Part shown: positions 28,782-41,700 of the stretch, in pieces
How positions within the stretch are numbered: the stretch's first letter is position 1
Layout of the letters: every line of letters begins with the position of its first letter
Assembly: GCA_043228905.1 (NCBI GenBank)
Contig: JBHGNT010000150.1
Location: forward strand, 1 to 64,000
Origin: Azolla caroliniana
Lineage: Eukaryota; Plantae; Polypodiophyta
Direction: 5' to 3'
Length of the DNA: 64,000 nt
Made by a program: the position numbers and the translations under genes
Notes under the pieces: model-generated
Databases searched by the model: none
Told to the model about the DNA's origin: nothing
Seen by the model: only the letters and a program-made list of their open reading frames with translations

Positions 28782-31700
28782 TTGAGTAAATGAAAATGTT
28801 CATACCTGGCTCGTGTGATATCGGATTTTTGTGTTCAAACATGCGAATCGAAGCTAACAACGCTAGCTATGATATGAAATTAAAAGATCAAGATTTTGAA
28901 ACTCAGGTCGAGAGACATGACGAAATTACCAAATTTGAATAGTGAGTTGAGGGGAGCCCTTGAGTAAATGAAAATGTTCATACCTGGCTCGTGTGATATC
29001 GGATTTTTGTGTTCAAACATGCGAAACGAAGCTAACAACGCTAGCTATGATATGGAATTAAAAAATCAAGATTTTGAAACTCAGGTCGAGAGACATGACG
29101 AAATTAGCAAATTGGAGGAGTGAGTTGAGAAGAGCTAGTAGGTAAATGAAAATGTTCATACCTGGCTCGTGTGATATCGGATTTTTGTGTTCAAACATGC
29201 GAAACGAAGCTAACAACGCTAGCTATGATATGAAATTAAAAGATCAAGATTTTGAAACTCAGGTCGAGAGACATGACGAAATTACCAAATTTGAGTAGTG
29301 AGTTGAGAGGAGCTCTTGAGTAAATGAAAATGTTCATACCTGGCTCGTGTGATATCGGATTTTTGTGTTCAAACATGCGAATCGAAGCGAACAACGCTAG
29401 CTATGAGATAGAATTAAAAAATCAAGATTTTGAAACTCAGGTCGAAAGACATGACAAAATTAGCAAATTTGAGTAGTGAGTTAAGGGGAGCCCTTCAGTA
29501 AATTAAAATGTTCATACTTGGTTCGTGTGATATCGGATTTTTGTGTTCAAACATGCGATTCGAAGCTAACAATGCTAGCTATGATATGGAATTAAAAAAT
29601 CAAGATTTTGAAACTCAGGTCGAGAGATATGACGAAATTAGCAAATTTGAGGATTGAGTTGAGAAGAGCTAGTAGGTAAATTAAAATGTTCATACCTGGC
29701 TCGTGTGATATCGGAATTTTGTGTTCAAACATGCGAAACGAAGCTAACAACGCTAGCTATGATATGAAATTAAAAGATCAAGATTTTGAAACTCAGGTCG
29801 AGAGACATGACGAAATTACCAAATTTGAATAGTGAGTTGAGAGGAGCCCTTGAGTAAATGAAAATGTTCATACCTGGTTCGTGTGATATCGGATTTTTGT
29901 GTTCAAACATGCGAAACGAAGCTAACATCGCTAGCTATGATATGGAATTAAAAAATCAAGATTTTGAAACTCAGGTCGAGACACATGACGAAATTAGCAA
30001 ATTGGAGGAGTGAGTTGAGAAGAGCTAGTAGGTAAATGAAAATGTTCATACCTGGCTCGTGTGATATCGGACTTTTGTGTTCAACCATGCGAAACGAAGC
30101 TAACAACGCTAGCTATGATATGAAATTAAAAGATCAAGATTTTGAAACTCAGGTCGAGAGACATGACGAAATTACCAAATTTGAGTAGTGAGTTGAGAGG
30201 AGCTCTTGAGTAAATGAAAATGTTCATACCTGGCTCGTGTGATATCGGATTTTTGTGTTCAAACATGCGAATCGAAGCGAACAACGCTAGCTATGAGATA
30301 GAATTAAAAAATCAAGATTTTGAAACTCAGGTCGAAAGACATGACGAAATTAGCAAATTTGAGTAGTGAGTTGAGGGGAGCCCTTGAGTAAATTAAAATG
30401 TTCATACTTGGTTCGTGTGATATCGGATTTTTGTGTTCAAACATGCGATTCGAAGCTAACAACGCTAGCTATGATATGGAATTAAAAAATCAAGATTTTG
30501 AAACTCAGGTCGAGAGACATGACGAAATTAGCAAATTTGAGGAGTGAGTTGAGAAGAGCTAGTAGGTAAATTAAAATGTTCATACCTGGCTCGTGTGATA
30601 TCGGATTTTTGTGTTCAAACATGCGAAACGAAGCTAACAACGCTAGCTATGATATGAAATTAAAAGATCAAGATTTTGAAACTCAGGTCGAGAGACATGA
30701 CGAAATTACCAAATTTGAATAGTGAGTTGAGAGGAGCCCTTGAGTAAATGAAAATGTTCATACCTGGCTCGTGTGATATCGGATTTTTGTGTTCAAACAT
30801 GCGAAACGAAGCTAACAACGCTAGCTATGATATGGAATTAAAAAATCAAGATTTTGAAACTTAGGTCGAGAGACATGACGAAATTAGCAAATTGGAGGAG
30901 TGAGTTGAGAAGAGCTAGTAGGTAAATGAAAATGTTCATACCTGGCTCGTGTGATATCGGATTTTTGTGTTCAAACATGCGAAACGAATCTAACAACGCT
31001 AGCTATGATATGGAATTAAAAGATCAAGATTTTGAAACTCAGGTCGAGAGACATGACGAAATTACCAAATTTGAGTAGTGAGTTGAGAGGAGCTCTTGAG
31101 TAAATGAAAATGTTCATACCTGGCTCGTGTGATATCGGATTTTTGTGTTCAAACATGCGAATCGAAGCGAACAACGCTAGCTATGAGATAGAATTAAAAA
31201 ATCAAGATTTTGAAACTCAGGTCGAAAGACATGACGAAATTAGCAAATTTGAGTAGTGAGTTGAGGGGAGCCCTTGAGTAAATTAAAATGTTCATACTTG
31301 GTTCGTGTGATATCGGATTTTTGTGTTCAAACATGCGATTCGAAGCTAACAACGCTAGCTATGATATGGAATTAAAAAATCAAGATTTTGAAACTCAGGT
31401 CGAGAGACATGACGAAATTAGCAAATTTGAGGAGTGAGTTGAGAAGAGCTAGTAGGTAAATTAAAATGTTCATACCTGGCTCGTGTGATATCGGAATTTT
31501 GTGTTCAAACATGCGAAACGAAGCTAACAACGCTAGCTATGATATGAAATTAAAAGATCAAGATTTTGAAACTCAGGTCGAGAGATATGACGAAATTACC
31601 AAATTTGAATAGTGAGTTGAGAGGAGCCCTTGAGTAAATGAAAATGTTCATACTTGGCTCGTGTGATATCGGATTTTTGTGTTCAAACATGCGAAACGAA

Positions 31701-34700
31701 GCTAACAACGCTAGCTATGATATGGAATTAAAAAATTAAGATTTTGAAACTCAGGTCGAGAGACATGACGAAATTAGCAAATTGGAGGAGTGAGTTGAGA
31801 AGAGCTAGTAGGTAAATGAAAATGTTCATACCTGGCTCGTTTGATATCGGATTTTTGTGTTCAAACATGCGAAACGAAGCTAACAACGCTAGCTATGATA
31901 TGAAATTAAAAGATCAAGATTTTGAAACTCAGGTCGAGAGACATGACGAAATTACCAAATTTGAGTAGTGAGTTGAGAGGAGCTCTTGAGTAAATGAAAA
32001 TGTTCATACCTGGCTCGTGTGATATCGGATTTTTGTGTTCAAACATGCGAATCGAAGCTAACAACGCTAGCTATGATATGAAATTAAAAGATCAAGATTT
32101 TGAAACTCAGGTCGAGAGACATGACGAAATTACCAAATTTGAATAGTGAGTTGAGAGGAGCCCTTGAGTAAATGAAAATGTTCATACCTGGCTCGTGTGA
32201 TATCGGATTTTTGTGTTCAAACATGCGAAACGAAGCTAACAACGCTAGCTATGATATGGAATTAAAAAATCAAGATTTTGAAACTCAGGTCGAGAGACAT
32301 GACGAAATTAGCAAATTGGAGGAGTGAGTTGAGAAGAGCTAGTAGGTAAATGAAAATGTTCATACCTGGCTCGTGTGATATCGGACTTTTGTGTTCAAAC
32401 ATGCGAAACGAAGCTAACAACGCTAGCTATGATATGAAATTAAAAGATCAAGATTTTGAAACTCAGGTCGAGAGACATGACGAAATTACCAAATTTGAGT
32501 AGTGAGTTGAGAGGAGCCCTTGAGTAAATGAAAATGTTCATACCTGGCTCGTGTGATATCGGATTTTTGTGTTCAAACATGCGAAACGAAGCTAACAACG
32601 CTAGCTATGATATGGAATTAAAAAATCAAGATTTTGAAACTCAGGTCGAGACACATGACGAAATTAGCAAATTGGAGGAGTGAGTTGAGAAGAGCTAGTA
32701 GGTAAATGAAAATGTTCATACCTGGCTCGTGTGATATCGGACTTTTGTGTTCAAACATGCGAAACGAAGCTAACAACGCTAGCTATGATATGAAATTAAA
32801 AGATCAAGATTTTGAAACTCAGGTCGAGAGATATGACGAAATTACCAAATTTGAATAGTGAGTTGAGAGGAGCCCTTGAGTAAATGAAAATGTTCATACT
32901 TGGCTCGTGTGATATCGGATTTTTGTGTTCAAACATGCGAAACGAAGCTAACAACGCTAGCTATGATATGGAATTAAAAAATTAAGATTTTGAAACTCAG
33001 GTCGAGAGACATGACGAAATTAGCAAATTGGAGGAGTGAGTTGAGAAGAGCTAGTAGGTAAATGAAAATGTTCATACCTGGCTCGTTTGATATCGGATTT
33101 TTGTGTTCAAACATGCGAAACGAAGCTAACAACGCTAGCTATGATATGAAATTAAAAGATCAAGATTTTGAAACTCAGGTCGAGAGACATGACGAAATTA
33201 CCAAATTTGAGTAGTGAGTTGAGAGGAGCTCTTGAGTAAATGAAAATGTTCATACCTGGCTCGTGTGATATCGGATTTTTGTGTTCAAACATGCGAATCG
33301 AAGCTAACAACGCTAGCTATGATATGAAATTAAAAGATCAAGATTTTGAAACTCAGGTCGAGAGACATGACGAAATTACCAAATTTGAATAGTGAGTTGA
33401 GAGGAGCCCTTGAGTAAATGAAAATGTTCATACCTGGCTCGTGTGATATCGGATTTTTGTGTTCAAACATGCGAAACGAAGCTAACAACGCTAGCTATGA
33501 TATGGAATTAAAAAATCAAGATTTTGAAACTCAGGTCGAGAGACATGACGAAATTAGCAAATTGGAGGAGTGAGTTGAGAAGAGCTAGTAGGTAAATGAA
33601 AATGTTCATACCTGGCTCGTGTGATATCGGACTTTTGTGTTCAAACATGCGAAACGAAGCTAACAACGCTAGCTATGATATGAAATTAAAAGATCAAGAT
33701 TTTGAAACTCAGGTCGAGAGACATGACGAAATTACCAAATTTGAGTAGTGAGTTGAGAGGAGCCCTTGAGTAAATGAAAATGTTCATACCTGGCTCGTGT
33801 GATATCGGATTTTTGTGTTCAAACATGCGAATCGAAGCTAACAACGCTAGCTATGATATGAAATTAAAAGATCAAGATTTTGAAACTCAGGTCGAGAGAC
33901 ATGACGAAATTACCAAATTTGAATAGTGAGTTGAGGGGAGCCCTTGAGTAAATGAAAATGTTCATACCTGGCTCGTGTGATATCGGATTTTTGTGTTCAA
34001 ACATGCGAAACGAAGCTAACAACGCTAGCTATGATATGGAATTAAAAAATCAAGATTTTGAAACTCAGGTCGAGAGACATGACGAAATTAGCAAATTGGA
34101 GGAGTGAGTTGAGAAGAGCTAGTAGGTAAATGAAAATGTTCATACCTGGCTCGTGTGATATCGGATTTTTGTGTTCAAACATGCGAAACGAAGCTAACAA
34201 CGCTAGCTATGATATGAAATTAAAAGATCAAGATTTTGAAACTCAGGTCGAGAGACATGACGAAATTACCAAATTTGAGTAGTGAGTTGAGAGGAGCTCT
34301 TGAGTAAATGAAAATGTTCATACCTGGCTCGTGTGATATCGGATTTTTGTGTTCAAACATGCGAATCGAAGCGAACAACGCTAGCTATGAGATAGAATTA
34401 AAAAATCAAGATTTTGAAACTCAGGTCGAAAGACATGACGAAATTAGCAAATTTGAGTAGTGAGTTAAGGGGAGCCCTTCAGTAAATTAAAATGTTCATA
34501 CTTGGTTCGTGTGATATCGGATTTTTGTGTTCAAACATGCGATTCGAAGCTAACAATGCTAGCTATGATATGGAATTAAAAAATCAAGATTTTGAAACTC
34601 AGGTCGAGAGATATGACGAAATTAGCAAATTTGAGGATTGAGTTGAGAAGAGCTAGTAGGTAAATTAAAATGTTCATACCTGGCTCGTGTGATATCGGAA

Positions 34701-37700
34701 TTTTGTGTTCAAACATGCGAAACGAAGCTAACAACGCTAGCTATGATATGAAATTAAAAGATCAAGATTTTGAAACTCAGGTCGAGAGACATGACGAAAT
34801 TACCAAATTTGAATAGTGAGTTGAGAGGAGCCCTTGAGTAAATGAAAATGTTCATACCTGGTTCGTGTGATATCGGATTTTTGTGTTCAAACATGCGAAA
34901 CGAAGCTAACAACGCTAGCTATGATATGGAATTAAAAAATCAAGATTTTGAAACTCAGGTCGAGACACATGACGAAATTAGCAAATTGGAGGAGTGAGTT
35001 GAGAAGAGCTAGTAGGTAAATGAAAATGTTCATACCTGGCTCGTGTGATATCGGACTTTTGTGTTCAACCATGCGAAACGAAGCTAACAACGCTAGCTAT
35101 GATATGAAATTAAAAGATCAAGATTTTGAAACTCAGGTCGAGAGACATGACGAAATTACCAAATTTGAGTAGTGAGTTGAGAGGAGCTCTTGAGTAAATG
35201 AAAATGTTCATACCTGGCTCGTGTGATATCGGATTTTTGTGTTCAAACATGCGAATCGAAGCGAACAACGCTAGCTATGAGATAGAATTAAAAAATCAAG
35301 ATTTTGAAACTCAGGTCGAAAGACATGACGAAATTAGCAAATTTGAGTAGTGAGTTGAGGGGAGCCCTTGAGTAAATTAAAATGTTCATACTTGGTTCGT
35401 GTGATATCGGATTTTTGTGTTCAAACATGCGATTCGAAGCTAACAACGCTAGCTATGATATGGAATTAAAAAATCAAGATTTTGAAACTCAGGTCGAGAG
35501 ACATGACGAAATTAGCAAATTTGAGGAGTGAGTTGAGAAGAGCTAGTAGGTAAATTAAAATGTTCATACCTGGCTCGTGTGATATCGGATTTTTGTGTTC
35601 AAACATGCGAAACGAAGCTAACAACGCTAGCTATGATATGAAATTAAAAGATCAAGATTTTGAAACTCAGGTCGAGAGACATGACGAAATTACCAAATTT
35701 GAATAGTGAGTTGAGAGGAGCCCTTGAGTAAATGAAAATGTTCATACCTGGCTCGTGTGATATCGGATTTTTGTGTTCAAACATGCGAAACGAAGCTAAC
35801 AACGCTAGCTATGATATGGAATTAAAAAATCAAGATTTTGAAACTTAGGTCGAGAGACATGACGAAATTAGCAAATTGGAGGAGTGAGTTGAGAAGAGCT
35901 AGTAGGTAAATGAAAATGTTCATACCTGGCTCGTGTGATATCGGATTTTTGTGTTCAAACATGCGAAACGAATCTAACAACGCTAGCTATGATATGGAAT
36001 TAAAAGATCAAGATTTTGAAACTCAGGTCGAGAGACATGACGAAATTACCAAATTTGAGTAGTGAGTTGAGAGGAGCTCTTGAGTAAATGAAAATGTTCA
36101 TACCTGGCTCGTGTGATATCGGATTTTTGTGTTCAAACATGCGAATCGAAGCGAACAACGCTAGCTATGAGATAGAATTAAAAAATCAAGATTTTGAAAC
36201 TCAGGTCGAAAGACATGACGAAATTAGCAAATTTGAGTAGTGAGTTGAGGGGAGCCCTTGAGTAAATTAAAATGTTCATACTTGGTTCGTGTGATATCGG
36301 ATTTTTGTGTTCAAACATGCGATTCGAAGCTAACAACGCTAGCTATGATATGGAATTAAAAAATCAAGATTTTGAAACTCAGGTCGAGAGACATGACGAA
36401 ATTAGCAAATTTGAGGAGTGAGTTGAGAAGAGCTAGTAGGTAAATTAAAATGTTCATACCTGGCTCGTGTGATATCGGAATTTTGTGTTCAAACATGCGA
36501 AACGAAGCTAACAACGCTAGCTATGATATGAAATTAAAAGATCAAGATTTTGAAACTCAGGTCGAGAGATATGATGAAATTACCAAATTTGAATAGTGAG
36601 TTGAGAGGAGCCCTTGAGTAAATGAAAATGTTCATACTTGGCTCGTGTGATATCGGATTTTTGTGTTCAAACATGCGAAACGAAGCTAACAACGCTAGCT
36701 ATGATATGGAATTAAAAAATTAAGATTTTGAAACTCAGGTCGAGAGACATGACGAAATTAGCAAATTGGAGGAGTGAGTTGAGAAGAGCTAGTAGGTAAA
36801 TGAAAATGTTCATACCTGGCTCGTTTGATATCGGATTTTTGTGTTCAAACATGCGAAACGAAGCTAACAACGCTAGCTATGATATGAAATTAAAAGATCA
36901 AGATTTTGAAACTCAGGTCGAGAGACATGACGAAATTACCAAATTTGAGTAGTGAGTTGAGAGGAGCTCTTGAGTAAATGAAAATGTTCATACCTGGCTC
37001 GTGTGATATCGGATTTTTGTGTTCAAACATGCGAATCGAAGCTAACAACGCTAGCTATGATATGAAATTAAAAGATCAAGATTTTGAAACTCAGGTCGAG
37101 AGACATGACGAAATTACCAAATTTGAATAGTGAGTTGAGAGGAGCCCTTGAGTAAATGAAAATGTTCATACCTGGCTCGTGTGATATCGGATTTTTGTGT
37201 TCAAACATGCGAAACGAAGCTAACAACGCTAGCTATGATATGGAATTAAAAAATCAAGATTTTGAAACTCAGGTCGAGAGACATGACGAAATTAGCAAAT
37301 TGGAGGAGTGAGTTGAGAAGAGCTAGTAGGTAAATGAAAATGTTCATACCTGGCTCGTGTGATATCGGACTTTTGTGTTCAAACATGCGAAACGAAGCTA
37401 ACAACGCTAGCTATGATATGAAATTAAAAGATCAAGATTTTGAAACTCAGGTCGAGAGACATGACGAAATTACCAAATTTGAGTAGTGAGTTGAGAGGAG
37501 CCCTTGAGTAAATGAAAATGTTCATACCTGGCTCGTGTGATATCGGATTTTTGTGTTCAAACATGCGAAACGAAGCTAACAACGCTAGCTATGATATGGA
37601 ATTAAAAAATCAAGATTTTGAAACTCAGGTCGAGAGACATGACGAAATTAGCAAATTGGAGGAGTGAGTTGAGAAGAGCTAGTAGGTAAATGAAAATGTT

Positions 37701-38749
37701 CATACCTGGCTCGTGTGATATCGGACTTTTGTGTTCAAACATGCGAAACGAAGCTAACAACGCTAGCTATGATATGAAATTAAAAGATCAAGATTTTGAA
37801 ACTCAGGTCGAGAGATATGACGAAATTACCAAATTTGAATAGTGAGTTGAGAGGAGCCCTTGAGTAAATGAAAATGTTCATACTTGGCTCGTGTGATATC
37901 GGATTTTTGTGTTCAAACATGCGAAACGAAGCTAACAACGCTAGCTATGATATGGAATTAAAAAATTAAGATTTTGAAACTCAGGTCGAGAGACATGACG
38001 AAATTAGCAAATTGGAGGAGTGAGTTGAGAAGAGCTAGTAGGTAAATGAAAATGTTCATACCTGGCTCGTTTGATATCGGATTTTTGTGTTCAAACATGC
38101 GAAACGAAGCTAACAACGCTAGCTATGATATGAAATTAAAAGATCAAGATTTTGAAACTCAGGTCGAGAGACATGACGAAATTACCAAATTTGAGTAGTG
38201 AGTTGAGAGGAGCTCTTGAGTAAATGAAAATGGTCATACCTGGCTCGTGTGATATCGGATTTTTGTGTTCAAACATGCGAATCGAAGCTAACAACGCTAG
38301 CTATGATATGAAATTAAAAGATCAAGATTTTGAAACTCAGGTCGAGAGACATGACGAAATTACCAAATTTGAATAGTGAGTTGAGAGGAGCCCTTGAGTA
38401 AATGAAAATGTTCATACCTGGCTCGTGTGATATCGGATTTTTGTGTTCAAACATGCGAAACGAAGCTAACAACGCTAGCTATGATATGGAATTAAAAAAT
38501 CAAGATTTTGAAACTCAGGTCGAGAGACATGACGAAATTAGCAAATTGGAGGAGTGAGTTGAGAAGAGCTAGTAGGTAAATGAAAATGTTCATACCTGGC
38601 TCGTGTGATATCGGACTTTTGTGTTCAAACATGCGAAACGAAGCTAACAACGCTAGCTATGATATGAAATTAAAAGATCAAGATTTTGAAACTCAGGTCG
38701 AGAGACATGACGAAATTACCAAATTTGAGTAGTGAGTTGAGAGGAGCCC
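28782..38749. repeat. Tandem duplication of a 28-monomer (4,984-bp) block
   Basis: Rare variants are paired at offset 4984: TTAAGGGG 29481/34465, ACTTAGG 30861/35845, GAATCTAAC 30987/35971. Confidence 0.87.
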
Positions 38750-41700
38750 TTGAGTAAATGAAAATGTTCATACCTGGCTCGTGTGATATCGGATTTTTGT
38801 GTTCAAACATGCGAAACGAAGCTAACAACGCTAGCTATGATATGGAATTAAAAAATGAAGATTTTGAAACTCAGGTCGAGAGACATGACGAAATTAGCAA
38901 ATTGGAGGAGTGAGTTGAGAAGAGCTAGTAGGTAAATGAAAATGTTCATACCTGGCTCGTGTGATATCGGATTTTTGTGTTCAAACATGCGAAACGAAGC
39001 TAACAACGCTAGCTATGATATGAAATTAAAAGATCAAGATTTTGAAACTCAGGTCGAGAGACATGACGAAATTACCAAATTTGAGTAGTGAGTTGAGAGG
39101 AGCTCTTGAGTAAATGAAAATGTTCATACCTGGCTCGTGTGATATCGGATTTTTGTGTTCAAACATGCGAATCGAAGCGAACAACGCTAGCTATGAGATA
39201 GAATTAAAAAATCAAGATTTTGAAACTCAGGTCGAAAGACATGACGAAATTAGCAAATTTGAGTAGTGAGTTGAGGGGAGCCCTTCAGTAAATTAAAATG
39301 TTCATACTTGGTTCGTGTGATATCGGATTTTTGTGTTCAAACATGCGATTCGAAGCTAACAATGCTAGCTATGATATGGAATTAAAAAATCAAGATTTTG
39401 AAACTCAGGTCGAGAGATATGACGAAATTAGCAAATTTGAGGATTGAGTTGAGAAGAGCTAGTAGGTAAATTAAAATGTTCATACCTGGCTCGTGTGATA
39501 TCGGAATTTTGAGTTCAAACATGCGAAACGAAGCTAACAACGCTAGCTATGATATGAAATTAAAAGATCAAGATTTTGAAACTCAGGTCGAGAGACATGA
39601 CGAAATTACCAAATTTGAATAGTGAGTTGAGAGGAGCCCTTGAGTAAATGAAAATGTTCATACCTGGTTCGTGTGATATCGGATTTTTGTGTTCAAACAT
39701 GCGAAACGAAGCTAACAACGCTAGCTATGATATGGAATTAAAAAATCAAGATTTTGAAACTCAGGTCGAGACACATGACGAAATTAGCAAATTGGAGGAG
39801 TGAGTTGAGAAGAGCTAGTAGGTAAATGAAAATGTTCATACCTGGCTCGTGTGATATCGGACTTTTGTGTTCAACCATGCGAAACGAAGCTAACAACGCT
39901 AGCTATGATATGAAATTAAAAGATCAAGATTTTGAAACTCAGGTCGAGAGACATGACGAAATTACCAAATTTGAGTAGTGAGTTGAGAGGAGCTCTTGAG
40001 TAAATGAAAATGTTCATACCTGGCTCGTGTGATATCGGATTTTTGTGTTCAAACATGCGAATCGAAGCGAACAACGCTAGCTATGAGATAGAATTAAAAA
40101 ATCAAGATTTTGAAACTCAGGTCGAAAGACATGACGAAATTAGCAAATTTGAGTAGTGAGTTGAGAGGAGCTCTTGAGTAAATGAAAATGTTCATACCTG
40201 GCTCGTGTGATATCGGATTTTTGTGTTCAAACATGCGAATCGAAGCGAACAACGCTAGCTATGAGATAGAATTAAAAAATCAAGATTTTGAAACTCAGGT
40301 CGAGAGACATGACGAAATTACCAAATTTGAGTAGTGAGTTGAGAGGAGCTCTTGAGTAAATGAAAATGTTCATACCTGGCTCGTGTGATATCGGATTTTT
40401 GTGTTCAAACATGCGAATCGAAGCGAACAACGCTAGCTATGAGATAGAATTAAAAAATCAAGATTTTGAAACTCAGGTCGAAAGACATGACGAAATTAGC
40501 AAATTTGAGTAGTGAGTTGAGGGGAGCCCTTCAGTAAATTAAAATGTTCATACTTGGTTCGTGTGATATCGGATTTTTGTGTTCAAACATGCGAAACGAA
40601 GCTAACAACGCTAGCTATGATATGAAATTAAAAGATCAAGATTTTGAAACTCAGGTCGAGAGACATGACGAAATTACCAAATTTGAGTAGTGAGTTGAGA
40701 GGAGCTCTTGAGTAAATGAAAATGTTCATACCTGGCTCGTGTGATATCGGATTTTTGTGTTCAAACATGCGAATCGAAGCTAACAACGCTAGCTATGATA
40801 TGAAATTAAAAGATCAAGATTTTGAAACTCAGGTCGAGAGACATGACGAAATTACCAAATTTGAATAGTGAGTTGAGAGGAGCCCTTGAGTAAATGAAAA
40901 TGTTCATACCTGGCTCGTGTGATATCGGATTTTTGTGTTCAAACATGCGAATCGAAGCGAACAACGCTAGCTATGAGATAGAATTAAAAAATCAAGATTT
41001 TGAAACTCAGGTCGAAAGACATGACGAAATTAGCAAATTTGAGTAGTGAGTTGAGGGGAGCCCTTCAGTAAATTAAAATGTTCATACTTGGTTCGTGTGA
41101 TATCGGATTTTTGTGTTCAAACATGCGATTCGAAGCTAACAATGCTAGCTATGATATGGAATTAAAAAATCAAGATTTTGAAACTCAGGTCGAGAGATAT
41201 GACGAAATTAGCAAATTTGAGGATTGAGTTGAGAAGAGCTAGTAGGTAAATTAAAATGTTCATACCTGGCTCGTGTGATATCGGAATTTTGAGTTCAAAC
41301 ATGCGAAACGAAGCTAACAACGCTAGCTATGATATGAAATTAAAAGATCAAGATTTTGAAACTCAGGTCGAGAGACATGACGAAATTACCAAATTTGAAT
41401 AGTGAGTTGAGAGGAGCCCTTGAGTAAATGAAAATGTTCATACCTGGTTCGTGTGATATCGGATTTTTGTGTTCAAACATGCGAAACGAAGCTAACAACG
41501 CTAGCTATGATATGGAATTAAAAAATCAAGATTTTGAAACTCAGGTCGAGACACATGACGAAATTAGCAAATTGGAGGAGTGAGTTGAGAAGAGCTAGTA
41601 GGTAAATGAAAATGTTCATACCTGGCTCGTGTGATATCGGACTTTTGTGTTCAACCATGCGAAACGAAGCTAACAACGCTAGCTATGATATGAAATTAAA

